This document shows, piece after piece, positions 52,153 to 62,292 of a DNA stretch of 64,000 bases. Both the position numbers and the translations under genes were made by a program. How positions within the stretch are numbered: position 1 is the stretch's first letter; the number at the start of each line of letters is the position of its first letter. Below the pieces are notes generated by a model that saw only the letters and a list, made by a program, of their open reading frames with translations, ran no database searches and was not told the DNA's origin. The stretch is from Nitrospinales bacterium (lineage in GTDB: Bacteria; Nitrospinota; Nitrospinia; Nitrospinales; VA-1), in NCBI GenBank assembly GCA_965223795.1, contig CBDCXL010000002.1, forward strand, positions 1,472,001 through 1,536,000. The letters run 5' to 3'.

Positions 52153-52536
52153 ATGAAACAAAAGATCCGGATTCTCGTTGTAGACGATGAAAACGCCTCG
52201 CAGACGCTGATCAAACATCATCTGATCAGCCTCGGATTCTCCAATATCCTGAGCGCCACCGACGGCGAAGCGGCGCTCAAGATCCTGAAGTCGGAATCGA
52301 TCGACCTCATCATCACCGACTGGCACATGCCGGGGGTCGACGGCATCGAGGTGTATAAGAGCATCCGGGAAGACCCCGACCTCAAATCGATCCCGTTTCT
52401 CATGATCACCTCGGAAACCGGAAAAGCGCGGGTGATGGAAGCGATGAAGCTCGGCATCCGCAATTACATCATCAAGCCGGTGTACGCCCACATTTTAAAA
52501 GCCAAGATCCAGGACCTGCTGAAACTGCCGGAGTGA
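52153..52536 (+). CDS. Single-domain response regulator (CheY-like)
   Basis: ILVVDD, DWHMPGVDG, FLMIT, YIIKP. Confidence 0.92.
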   Translation: MKQKIRILVVDDENASQTLIKHHLISLGFSNILSATDGEAALKILKSESIDLIITDWHMPGVDGIEVYKSIREDPDLKSIPFLMITSETGKARVMEAMKLGIRNYIIKPVYAHILKAKIQDLLKLPE

Positions 52537-52587
52537 CCCCGCCGGACTCGCAGGACGCCTCCCCCCGCCTCTGTCTCTGTTTTTCGC

Positions 52588-54711
52588 TCAGGATTCGGTT
52601 TCCCGCGTGCCCTTCAATTGCGCGACGATGGCCTGCAGTGCCTGGGCCTGCGGCTGCGCGGGCGCGAGTTTCAACGATTCGTTGAAATGATGCAGCGCCT
52701 TGATGGGATCCTGCTTGAAGCGGTAATAGATCATGCCGAGGTTTTTGTGGATGCCGGCGTGCGGCTGCTGTGACAACGCCGCATCGTAGGTCGCAAGCGC
52801 CGCATCGACGTCGCCGCGTTGCAGCTGGATGTTGGCGATGCCGGCCACGGGCAGGAGGAAGCCGGGTTTCAGTTGCGCGGCGCGGCTAAATTGCTCGAGC
52901 GCCTGATCGAACCGGCCGTTCATGGCGTAGGCGTTGCCCAGCCCGAAGCGGGCCTCGGGATGATCCGGCCGCAATGCGATGAAACGCTGGAAATTCTGGA
53001 TCGCCTCGTCGATGAGGCCGAACTGCAGGGCGAGGTGGGCGAGATTGTAGAACGCTTCCTTTAAAAACGGGTCGCCCGCCACGGCCTTGCGGTAGGACGC
53101 GAGCGCCTGGTCGGGCCTGCCGGTCAGATGCAGCGCGCGCGCCAGGTTGTAGAGCGCGGGCGGGTAGCCGGGCTTTTCGGCCAGCGCCTTTTTAAAATAG
53201 TGAATGGCTTTAGGATAGTCCTTTTTCTTGCCGTGAATGTTGCCGAGATTGTTGAGCGCGAAAAAGTAGCGCGGGTTCAAACGCACAGCCGCCTCAAACT
53301 CGGCGATGGCCTTGTCGAATTCACCGCGCTGATCGTAGGCTTCCCCCAGGTTGTTGTAGGGACGGGTGAGATTGGGGGACTTTTGTTTCGCATCATTCCA
53401 CAGGGTGATCTCGTTTTTCCAGACGGCGTTGCGGTCCACCACGCCCGCGGCGAACAAAACCAGCACCGCGGCGGCGGCCAGCGCCGGAATCGCCGCTGCC
53501 GTTTTTCCAAGCGCAGAACCGGATCTTGCCGCCCATGCGCACAGACAGCATAGCAGGGCCGACAGGGCGAGGCAGAAACCCGCCAGGGGCAGGTAGGTGC
53601 GGTGCTCGACGGCGACGTCCAACAAGGGAATGACGCTGGATGTGGGCAGCAGGGTGACGGCGATCCAGGCCATTGCGAAAGCGAGCGTGTTTTTCACAAA
53701 CGCCGATTCCCCTGTTGCCGAAGCAGCGGCAGGTTCCTCCGCAACCGGCCGGCGGCGCGAAAGCATGAACCAGACTCCCGCATAGATGCCGAGCGTGGCG
53801 ATGCCGAGCCAGTTGGCGGGTGACGCCCAGTCCGACAGCACCGGGAAGTGGATGTCGATGTTCAGGTTGATGGGGAACAGCATTTTTTTGAAATACTCGA
53901 AAGGAACGACGAAGGTCTGGGTGAGCAGGTAGCTGTTCCATGTATAGGGCGTGTCGGAGGCGGCGGCCAGCCCGCCGCCGGCGAACTGCTTGTAGCCGAG
54001 AAAAACCGCCAGCGGCAGAAAGGCGGCGGCGATCCATTTCATGTGCCTTACGATCCAATCCTTGATCGTAAGTATGGAAAAAAAATAAAAATGAAACAGG
54101 AACAGGATCGCGGGTAGCGTCCAGACGATCTGCTTAGAGAGGGCGCCAAGCATAAAACACAACGCGGAAGCGGCGAATCCGGCCCCGGTCCTGACGGCGC
54201 CTCCGCGTTCAAGGCCGTTCACCGGGCGATTCAACAGGGCCGTGAAGAAAAACCAAACGGACGCCAGGTAGAACAGGGTCGCGAGGAGTGAGGAACGGCT
54301 GGAGATGTAGGTGACCGACTGGGTGTTGAGCGGGTGCAGGGCGAACAGCAGGGCTGCGAGCAGGGGAAAGTGTTGCCACACTCCGTTGGGCATGCCGGGG
54401 AAGGCCGAGCGTAGAATGAGCCGGGCGAGCAGGAACACGCAGAACGCGGCGAGGGTGTGAAACGCGATGTTGAACAGGTGGTAGCTCCACACGTCAAAAC
54501 CGCTGATCGCGTGGTTGAGGTTGAAGGTGAGGATGACGAGCGGGCGCTGCCAGAAGCTGAAGATGAACTGGGGGATCTTGTCCAGTCCCTGCACCCAGGG
54601 CTTTTCCAGGATGGAGGGGATGTCGTCGTAGTGAAATGAATGCTCCAGCGTGTTGCCGTAGACGAGGGCGATCGTGACGGTGAGGATGCAAGCGGCGAGG
54701 GTGGGTTTCAT
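52588..54711 (-). CDS. Polytopic membrane protein with C-terminal TPRs (TMTC/GT-C-like)
   Basis: FHYDD, RPL, LFALHPLNTQSVTYISSR, EHRTYLP, then tandem TPRs. Confidence 0.85.
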   Translation of the reverse strand: MKPTLAACILTVTIALVYGNTLEHSFHYDDIPSILEKPWVQGLDKIPQFIFSFWQRPLVILTFNLNHAISGFDVWSYHLFNIAFHTLAAFCVFLLARLILRSAFPGMPNGVWQHFPLLAALLFALHPLNTQSVTYISSRSSLLATLFYLASVWFFFTALLNRPVNGLERGGAVRTGAGFAASALCFMLGALSKQIVWTLPAILFLFHFYFFSILTIKDWIVRHMKWIAAAFLPLAVFLGYKQFAGGGLAAASDTPYTWNSYLLTQTFVVPFEYFKKMLFPINLNIDIHFPVLSDWASPANWLGIATLGIYAGVWFMLSRRRPVAEEPAAASATGESAFVKNTLAFAMAWIAVTLLPTSSVIPLLDVAVEHRTYLPLAGFCLALSALLCCLCAWAARSGSALGKTAAAIPALAAAAVLVLFAAGVVDRNAVWKNEITLWNDAKQKSPNLTRPYNNLGEAYDQRGEFDKAIAEFEAAVRLNPRYFFALNNLGNIHGKKKDYPKAIHYFKKALAEKPGYPPALYNLARALHLTGRPDQALASYRKAVAGDPFLKEAFYNLAHLALQFGLIDEAIQNFQRFIALRPDHPEARFGLGNAYAMNGRFDQALEQFSRAAQLKPGFLLPVAGIANIQLQRGDVDAALATYDAALSQQPHAGIHKNLGMIYYRFKQDPIKALHHFNESLKLAPAQPQAQALQAIVAQLKGTRETES

Positions 54712-54787
54712 AGGCAAACGGGAACGCACTTTGCAAGGGCAAAAAGGGCTTTTATATCGTTACGGAAGCAGGCGGGCGAAACTCCAT

Positions 54788-56041
54788 TTATTTTCCGGCG
54801 GCGAAGCGAAATTCGGCTTCCAGCTGGTCCACCACTTTCTCCCAGGAATATTCGGCCACCGCCTGGAGGCGGCATTTTTCTTTCAACGCCTCGAAGTGTC
54901 TGGGGTTTTTAAGGTATTTTTCCATGCCCTGGGAGATCGCCTGCACGCTGGTTCCGGGCAGCAGCAGCATGGGGTCGAGGGCATTGAGGATTTCCACGGT
55001 GCCGCCGACGGGCGTTCCCAGCACGGGAACGCCGCTTGCCAGAGCCTCGACGGTAGCCAGGCCGAACCCCTCAATGCGCTGGGTGGGCAGGATGAACACA
55101 TCGGCGGCGCGCACCAGGGAAGGCAGCGTGTCCTGGGGAACGAACCCCAAAAGCCGGACCGTTTTCCTGAGGTTTTTTTCTGCAATCAGCGCCTGCAGGA
55201 GGTCCTTGAGCGACCCCATTCCGGCGATCCACAGCTGAAAATGCAGTCCGGGGCAGCGGGAGCGCAGATCCGCCGCGGCGAGGATGAGGTTTTTAAGCCC
55301 CATGCGCGCCTCCAGCCGGCGCACGGTCAGGAGCAGGGGGACGCCCGCCGGAAACTCGAGCGCCTGACGCAGCGCCTTTAAGGTCTCGGGCGATTCGGCC
55401 GGGTGGAACGCGTCCACATCGACGCCGCCGGGGATCACGCGCAGGCGCATGGTCTTCGCCGGGTGGCGCTGTAAAAACAGCTCGCGCGAATACTGGCTCA
55501 AAAACAGGACGCTGCCGCAGCCGAGGATCGCCGCCCGCTCCATGCGCCGGATGGCCTGCAGCGAGAACGCAAGCCGGACATCGTGCCAGACGTTTTCCAG
55601 GCCGCCTTCGGGGCGGCGGGCTTCGCGGTTGATCTTCTCCTCGTCGTACCAGAAGCTGTGGAAGTGGTACACCCGGGGCACCGCGCGCAGGGCCGGATGC
55701 TTGAGGGCGAGGTAGCCGATGAGGGGATTGTGGATGTGCACGAGGTGGACGGGGCCGTCCTTCAGCACGGCGTGGATCTTTTTTTTCACGCTGCGCCAGA
55801 GGCGGAAAAACCCCTTGCTGTCTTTGGCGCGGATCCGATGATAGCGGATGCCTTCGATGCACTCGTTCGCCGGGAGCGTTTCGTCGGGCTTGCAGGTGAT
55901 GCAGTGGACGGTGAACCCGCGCTGCACCAGCCGCCGGTTGACCTCGTAGGTCAGTCCCCAGGCGCCCCCCACCGCATCGGGATAGCTGTGGTATTGCAGG
56001 GACAGGAGGGTCAGGCTTGGGGGTGGGGAATCGGCTGTCAT
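54788..56041 (-). CDS. Glycosyltransferase family 4
   Basis: EGFGLATVEALASGVPVLGT. Confidence 0.9.
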   Translation of the reverse strand: MTADSPPPSLTLLSLQYHSYPDAVGGAWGLTYEVNRRLVQRGFTVHCITCKPDETLPANECIEGIRYHRIRAKDSKGFFRLWRSVKKKIHAVLKDGPVHLVHIHNPLIGYLALKHPALRAVPRVYHFHSFWYDEEKINREARRPEGGLENVWHDVRLAFSLQAIRRMERAAILGCGSVLFLSQYSRELFLQRHPAKTMRLRVIPGGVDVDAFHPAESPETLKALRQALEFPAGVPLLLTVRRLEARMGLKNLILAAADLRSRCPGLHFQLWIAGMGSLKDLLQALIAEKNLRKTVRLLGFVPQDTLPSLVRAADVFILPTQRIEGFGLATVEALASGVPVLGTPVGGTVEILNALDPMLLLPGTSVQAISQGMEKYLKNPRHFEALKEKCRLQAVAEYSWEKVVDQLEAEFRFAAGK

Positions 56042-56157
56042 GATATACCGAACGACCGGTTAATCAATTACTTTAACGATTTCACCGCAACCTGGGGCCG
56101 AAATCCGCATCTAAATTAATGAATAGGAAACGCCCCTTCTTCTGAAACGGGGGGTTC

Positions 56158-56185
56158 TTGCATTCGCAAGGGAACTTGCTATAGT
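56158..56185 (+). promoter_or_regulatory. Sigma-70 promoter of tmRNA
   Basis: TTGCAT-N16-TATAGT with an extended -10 TG. Confidence 0.55.
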
Positions 56186-56225
56186 GAGTATATAGGAAAT
56201 TTTTATCCACGCCATTCACCCTTTT

Positions 56226-56586
56226 GGGGGCGATTTGGGTTCGACGGGAGGATTGAGACGAAGGTTGCATGCACGGGATGCCGTTGGCCCGTAAAAAAAC
56301 GGCATAAAACATAATCGCCAACGATTATGAAGTAGCTGTAGCTGCTTAATTTAAGTTAGCTACCGTTCGCCTCTTCCATGCCTGCGGGAAGAGGGTCGAA
56401 CGTCATTCAGCGGGCTGGTCCGGCCGGGTGGTCCCGGACTTGCCGGATGAGATCCTTCGGGACTGGCTTTGGCATTATCCTGCCTCTGGGAGAGCGCCAA
56501 GGCGAGATTTCATACAGAGGATAAGCATGTAGACGCCTTTTGTTGACACCTTTCGGACGGGGGTTCAATTCCCCCCGCCTCCACCA
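56226..56586 (+). ncRNA. ssrA: tmRNA; tag reading frame ANDYEVAVAA* (56317-56349)
   Basis: 5' GGGGGCGA..TTCGAC, 3' GGGTTCAATTCCCCCCGCCTCCACCA, tag ending in AA-stop. Confidence 0.96.
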
Positions 56587-56842
56587 ATCCTGCGCGGATG
56601 GCGCGTTTGCTCACGTCGGGCAACGTTTTCTGCGCTTGTCTTGTATTTTTTCCCCGCCGCTCCACGAATTTCCCTATCCGCGAAACCCAGGGAAGTCCGT
56701 GCGCTCAAGGTGTGGTTTTTGTCAAATGCCGCCGGCTTCTACTTGGGACGATGATACATTGACGGCGAATCACTTGTTGTTTTTTTTTGTTTTGAATTGA
56801 GTCCAGTGAGAATTCGTGCCGTTGCGGGCTTTCGGCAGACGC

Positions 56843-58372
56843 CTATTTGAAGATCCCGTTCTCGCCGCTCCGGATCCCCATACCCGCAAGCAGATCTAAA
56901 ATTTGATGCGCTCCCCGCGCAAGACTCCAAAACAGGATCAACCAGAACTGAGTGGAAAACAGAATTGAAAGGTCTTTACCGACGATCAGTACTACCGCAA
57001 TGGTGACCATAAAGATCACCGAGCGGACCACTTTTTCGGGGAACAGTGTCGGTTGTCCTTCATAGCGATACAGGATGTAACACATCCAGCGGCTGATCAC
57101 CTGCGCGCCCATGAAACTGGCGCCAATGACGTTGGTGGACATGATCAGCGCCAGCCCGAACGTTCTCTGCATTTGCAGGATCTGGAAACTGAATATGCGC
57201 ATCTGGACACTGATCGAGTTGTACAACCAGAAGCTGCCCCGGACAAACAGCAGGAACATGGACCATACCGCCAGCATTTCCATCGCAGGGTTCAGGAAGA
57301 AATCCGCCCGGACTTGATTCCATCCCTGGGCGTTGTCCCAATTCAACAGAGTGATTCCTATGCAGGACAATATCGCGGCCCAGACCCAGGCCTGGGTTTG
57401 CATGGGATAATCGCGAAAATCTTCAATATTTTTTGATCTTGTGGGTTTCGCCTCCTTTTTCACCGCCACAAAATCGTTCTCTCGATAACCCAGCTCATAG
57501 ATGCAGATAAAAGAGGTGTACAAGATCACGGTAGCGGCGACGGATAAAACACTGATCCCGTAAACAAACGTGATCGACAGCAGGATCGTCGGGAGATCGT
57601 CCAGAAAGAATATTTTTACAATCCGGTAGTCGTTCGGGTATTTGGCTTTTTCCGTGTAGATATAAGGCAGGTAGATGTTCTGTAAAACCCCAAACACTTT
57701 TTCGTTCGGCCATCGAATCAAAGCAGGATATTTTGACTCCCGGATCACGTCCGCATCGTCGAGGGAATCGGTGACAAATATGGAATTGTGCAATGCCTCT
57801 GCACCGATTTCGTTCCTCAGTTTATTGGACTTGCCCTGCCTGCGGCTTAAATGCCCTGTTAAGAAGTTCGATGCCACCAGTGCCGACACATCGATCGGCA
57901 TGTGTTCGAGCAGCGGTCTGATGAGGAACGCATAACCGTAACTGCCAACGACAATTTTTTTTCCGGCGCCCCGTTTCAGGCAATCGATTAAAGCTTCGTT
58001 CTTGAATTCATTCGCAAGTTTCGCTGCCTGACTTCTCCAGAGAGGCACGGCCCAGGGAAACAACAAAGTGGCCGTCACAACCCGAAAATGGTCCCGGTAG
58101 ATGAAATCATTATTGTGACAGCGGAAAAGACGCCACGGTTTGAAAAACCCCAGCAGCCCCAGGACCAGGCCGAGCAGCCATTTCGGCCTGATTGAATTCA
58201 GGTATTCCTCGGTTGAATTGGACAAAAAGAGCGTATGATCAAAATCGACAATGACCGTTGTATCCTGTGGTGTCCGTTGTATCGTTTCTCCCAGTTCATC
58301 TACATTTGAAATGTTCTCCAAAGAGGCGCACTTCATACTTTCCTGCTTCAAAGTAGATTTTTGATCATTCAC
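56843..58372 (-). CDS. HAD-like domain fused to a polytopic membrane domain
   Basis: VIVDFDHTL (DxD) and TDSLDD, followed by multiple TM helices. Confidence 0.7.
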   Translation of the reverse strand: MNDQKSTLKQESMKCASLENISNVDELGETIQRTPQDTTVIVDFDHTLFLSNSTEEYLNSIRPKWLLGLVLGLLGFFKPWRLFRCHNNDFIYRDHFRVVTATLLFPWAVPLWRSQAAKLANEFKNEALIDCLKRGAGKKIVVGSYGYAFLIRPLLEHMPIDVSALVASNFLTGHLSRRQGKSNKLRNEIGAEALHNSIFVTDSLDDADVIRESKYPALIRWPNEKVFGVLQNIYLPYIYTEKAKYPNDYRIVKIFFLDDLPTILLSITFVYGISVLSVAATVILYTSFICIYELGYRENDFVAVKKEAKPTRSKNIEDFRDYPMQTQAWVWAAILSCIGITLLNWDNAQGWNQVRADFFLNPAMEMLAVWSMFLLFVRGSFWLYNSISVQMRIFSFQILQMQRTFGLALIMSTNVIGASFMGAQVISRWMCYILYRYEGQPTLFPEKVVRSVIFMVTIAVVLIVGKDLSILFSTQFWLILFWSLARGAHQILDLLAGMGIRSGENGIFK

Positions 58373-58433
58373 AACTTGAACTCTTCAAGTTATCAGTGGG
58401 TCGTGATTTCAATGAAAATGGTCCGACCGGGAA

Positions 58434-59609
58434 TCAAGGGTTTCTCCCCTGGTTTTCCTCGATGGCTTCGCCATATATTTTCATGAGCTGGTTGTAATTG
58501 ATTTCCGCGGTGTATTTGTCTTCGTAGGCCCTGCGCGCATTTTTTCCCATGCGGCCCATTTCTTCGGGGTGCTCGCAGGCCCAGCGCACCTTCTCCCGAA
58601 GAGCCTCTGCATCCCCAGGCCTGAAATGCAGGCCCGTGACCCTGTCCTCGACGATTTCCTGCATGGCGCCCAGATTGGAAGCGATCACCGGCAATCCCTG
58701 AGAATAAGCCTCGATGATGGTCAGACCAAAAATCTCATGCCATTCGGAAGGAAATATCAAAAACGAGGCACGCGACATTTCTCCGGCAATCTGACCCGGC
58801 GGCTTGCTCCCTGCAACAGCGATGAACTCGGATGCGTTTTTTTTCACGCTCTCCATCAGGGGTCCGTCTCCAACGATACGAAGGGGAACCGGTAAATTCT
58901 TCCAGGCTTTTAGAAGCGTGTGGATCCCCTTTTCCGGACTGAGACGCCCCACATACAACGCGCTCACTGGAGATCTGACGGCATCGCCACTCGATTCCAC
59001 TGCATTGACAAAATGCGGTTTTACGGAAATTTTATGTGGCGGAAACCCGGATTCGACAAATTTCTTTTTGCCGAACTGGGTCATCGCAACGAAACGATCG
59101 ACCTGGGTTTGCCAAGTGCCTCTTTTTCTATTGTGCGCCACCATGTGCGCAACTGCCAGAGAACCCATACGGGAATTCCGGTAGCAGCGGTTCAGAACGG
59201 CTTGATAAGGGGTGCCGTGGATACAATCCTCACACAGGTTTCCATCCCGCATCAGAAAGGTTCCTGCGCACACGGTCCGGTAGTTGTGCAGGCTTTGAAC
59301 GACCGGAATCCCCGCCTGACGGCAGGCTTCATAAACAGAGGGAGAAAGCAGAGGAAAAAAATTGTGAATGTGCACGAGGTCCGGCTTGTATTTTTCTATG
59401 GCCTTGCCAGCCTGCTTTTTTCCCCAGGGAGAGCGGGCTGTGAACCAGGCCGTGGCCACCTTCCGCCACAATCCTCGAATGGAATCGTTGGACACGGTGA
59501 ACACGGACACGTCATGCCCATGCTGCCGAAGCAGCGTCTTTTCATTTTCCAGAGTGGTGTCTTCACCGCCGGCTTGCTGATACGTATTATGTAGCAACAG
59601 AATGTGCAT
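58434..59609 (-). CDS. Glycosyltransferase family 4
   Basis: HNTYQQAGGED, HIHNFFP, EIFGLTIIEAYSQGLPVI. Confidence 0.92.
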   Translation of the reverse strand: MHILLLHNTYQQAGGEDTTLENEKTLLRQHGHDVSVFTVSNDSIRGLWRKVATAWFTARSPWGKKQAGKAIEKYKPDLVHIHNFFPLLSPSVYEACRQAGIPVVQSLHNYRTVCAGTFLMRDGNLCEDCIHGTPYQAVLNRCYRNSRMGSLAVAHMVAHNRKRGTWQTQVDRFVAMTQFGKKKFVESGFPPHKISVKPHFVNAVESSGDAVRSPVSALYVGRLSPEKGIHTLLKAWKNLPVPLRIVGDGPLMESVKKNASEFIAVAGSKPPGQIAGEMSRASFLIFPSEWHEIFGLTIIEAYSQGLPVIASNLGAMQEIVEDRVTGLHFRPGDAEALREKVRWACEHPEEMGRMGKNARRAYEDKYTAEINYNQLMKIYGEAIEENQGRNP

Positions 59610-60929
59610 GGCTCACCACTTTCCCAGATCGCGGATTGGAGTTGATTGTAGAGAGGGATTCGATCAATATCAACCGGTACTTCAGGATCACTCCCCAAAA
59701 AAAGTAGTAGGGAATGGCTAAAAACGGTTTTTCAAATGCATCCTCGCCAAAGGAATAAACCCAGATGAGAACGATATAGATCAGGAGTAGAAAGAGACGT
59801 TCCTCTCCGATTTTGTGTCCGGCTTGACGGCACAGATTGAACGCTTTATACCAGGCGCGCACGAGAAGTACGTGTCCCCAGATGAAGAACACGGCGCCAT
59901 AGAGTCCGATGCGTCCCAGGATAGAAATGAAAGAGTTGTGCGGCTCCCGCACAGGGGTGCCGATCGGGTTGGCAAAATCGACCAACGGGAATCCATACCC
60001 CAAACCAAACAGAAGATTTGCCGGGCTTTCCATGAGCCTGTCATAAATGTCCTTCCACCAGCCCAGGCGCTGCCCGACGCCTCTTGCGGCCCCCTCGACG
60101 CCGGCGCTCTCGACACCGGCAATGGCGCCGAGATGACGCACAAGGAAATCCAGGGACATGCTTTCCCCCAACCGGCCCTTGATCTCGATACCGAAAGCAT
60201 TGATCAAACCGAATGAAACCAGCCCGACGATCAGGGCCACCCCCATATTCCCGAACGCCTTGGGGCGAAACCAGAAAAGCAGGATCATAACGGCAAAAAT
60301 CTGCAGATAAATCGTTCTCGCCTGAAACAGCGCCACGGTAAACGCGATCAGCAGGCTGGGTATGATGGGCTCTCCAAATTTTCCGATGATCCGGCGCACG
60401 GATTCGCAAAGGATTAAAACCGCAGAAGTATTGTATGTGAAGAGTATATTTGCGGTGTATCCCGCCGCTGCCGTGAGCGTTGGAGAATAAGGAATCAATT
60501 CTTCAGAAAACGGATAGGTGAACGCATACAGGACCCCCATCATTAGAATCCTGGGCCACCAGACAAAGAGCCGATCGATGGCGCCCGGCGAGGCGGCGAA
60601 CACGAAGCCTACCCAGAGAAACAGAGACTCAATAAGATGGGTGGCATCGCGGATGGCCCACATGCCGTGTTCGGGCAAAGACAGGATCAATCTCCCGAAA
60701 CCGAGACCCCACCACAAAAAAAACGGGATGAAAATGATGTTGTTCGCGAACTGGGGGAGATACTTGGAATCCTTGATGATAAAGCAAAATGAAATCAGCA
60801 GCAGGATCTCGCCGATCGGCACGCCCCCCCGGCGACGGGCGGTATGCGGATGAGCATGAATCCCGCGTTCAAGATCAAATAGGCCCCGATCACAAATAAA
60901 ATCAGGGAATTTCGAAAGCTCAACTTCAT
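59587..60929 (-). pseudogene. O-antigen ligase/polymerase-like membrane protein with a frameshift at a G7 tract
   Basis: The ATG at 60929 gives MKLSFRNSLILFVIGAYLILNAGFMLIRIPPVAGG and goes out of frame at 60824-60830; the body has LFGLGYG and PHNSF. Confidence 0.72.
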
Positions 60930-61000
60930 TGCTCACCAGCAAGAACGAAGCTCATGAAAATGAATCCATCCGCCTGCACTCTTTTTAAGTCCTATATCCA

Positions 61001-62218
61001 TCAGGCTTCCTCATACAATTGCGCCACGACGGACGACCAGGTCAGGCTCTTTCCTTTGCGCTTCGCGTTCACCTGCAGATCTTTTTGAAGAGCCGGGTCT
61101 TTTGCGAATTGAATCATCGCTTCCGCCAGCGCGAGAGCCACCTGTGATTCCGACAGGCCGGCGGTCGAGACCACGCGACCGATTTCATTGTCAACGATTT
61201 CACCCGGCCCCCCCAAATCCAGACAGATGACCGGCAGGCCGTGCATCATCGCCTCAAAAATCACCGTACCGCCGGAATCCCTAAGAGTGGGAAACAGCAG
61301 CACGTCATGACTGCGATACAGATTCGCCAGGTCTTTCTGCGGCATCCAGGACACCCAATCGATGCAATGCGAAATGTTCAGCCGGTCCGCAAGCCGGCGC
61401 CAGCTTTTTTCCTCCGGGCCCTGGCCCACTAAAGTCAGCCGGGCATCGGGAATCCTTTCGAGCAAATGTGCGAATGCCGGCAATCCAAGATGCATCCCTT
61501 TGAGGTAAAGGAAGTTCCCCACAAAGAGCGGGCGGAAGGGTTGATGGATTTCCTCCTTTCCGTTGTCCATGTCCAGGCTGATGTGATTGTCGACCCCGAT
61601 GTTGATCTGCCGCCGGACTTTATCCCAATACTTTTTGGGAATGATTCTCCTGGAATGTTCCGTCGCCACCAGGATCAAATGCGCCTTGCTGAAGGTGACG
61701 TTCATCATGGGGTCCAGGCGTATCACCCAGTTTGAAATGTCCCGCATCGCATCCACCAGCCATCCACGCAGACCGAAGCCCTTGCGCAGCCGCCAGGGCG
61801 CCGACTCGCCGCCTCCCACGGGCCCGAACACAAACGGTATCCCCAACTTCCACATGAAACTCGGGCAGCGGATGGATGCCCAGGTGATGTGATGAACCCG
61901 TTCGAATTTTTCCCTTTTATGCACTTCCCGCGCCAGCTTGTAAGCGCCGCACTGCCAGAAAAAATAGTCCAGATAAATGCGAAAACGCTGGCCGCCATTT
62001 TTCTCAAATTTAACAGCGGGCTCATAGTAAATAAAATGAAGTGAAGGCGGGGCTTCCATCTGACGGAGCTTTGCCTCGATGGGTGCGCGGGAATGGGTTT
62101 GTGTCAGAACCCAGACTTCGTGACCCAGGCGGGCCATCTCCAACGCCCAGTTCCAGCCGACACCGAGTTCCGACCCCCTATCCGGTTCGCAGGAATAGGC
62201 AGAGAGCAGCACCTTCAT
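61001..62218 (-). CDS. Glycosyltransferase family 4
   Basis: MKVLLSAYSCEPDRGSE, GPVGGGE, DSGGTVIFEAMMHGLPV. Confidence 0.9.
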   Translation of the reverse strand: MKVLLSAYSCEPDRGSELGVGWNWALEMARLGHEVWVLTQTHSRAPIEAKLRQMEAPPSLHFIYYEPAVKFEKNGGQRFRIYLDYFFWQCGAYKLAREVHKREKFERVHHITWASIRCPSFMWKLGIPFVFGPVGGGESAPWRLRKGFGLRGWLVDAMRDISNWVIRLDPMMNVTFSKAHLILVATEHSRRIIPKKYWDKVRRQINIGVDNHISLDMDNGKEEIHQPFRPLFVGNFLYLKGMHLGLPAFAHLLERIPDARLTLVGQGPEEKSWRRLADRLNISHCIDWVSWMPQKDLANLYRSHDVLLFPTLRDSGGTVIFEAMMHGLPVICLDLGGPGEIVDNEIGRVVSTAGLSESQVALALAEAMIQFAKDPALQKDLQVNAKRKGKSLTWSSVVAQLYEEA

Positions 62219-62292
62219 ATAAATTTCCTAAAATATTGGAAGTGGATGAAATCCCCCCTTTTCGAACGGCTTGAAGCTGCCTGGGACCATTG

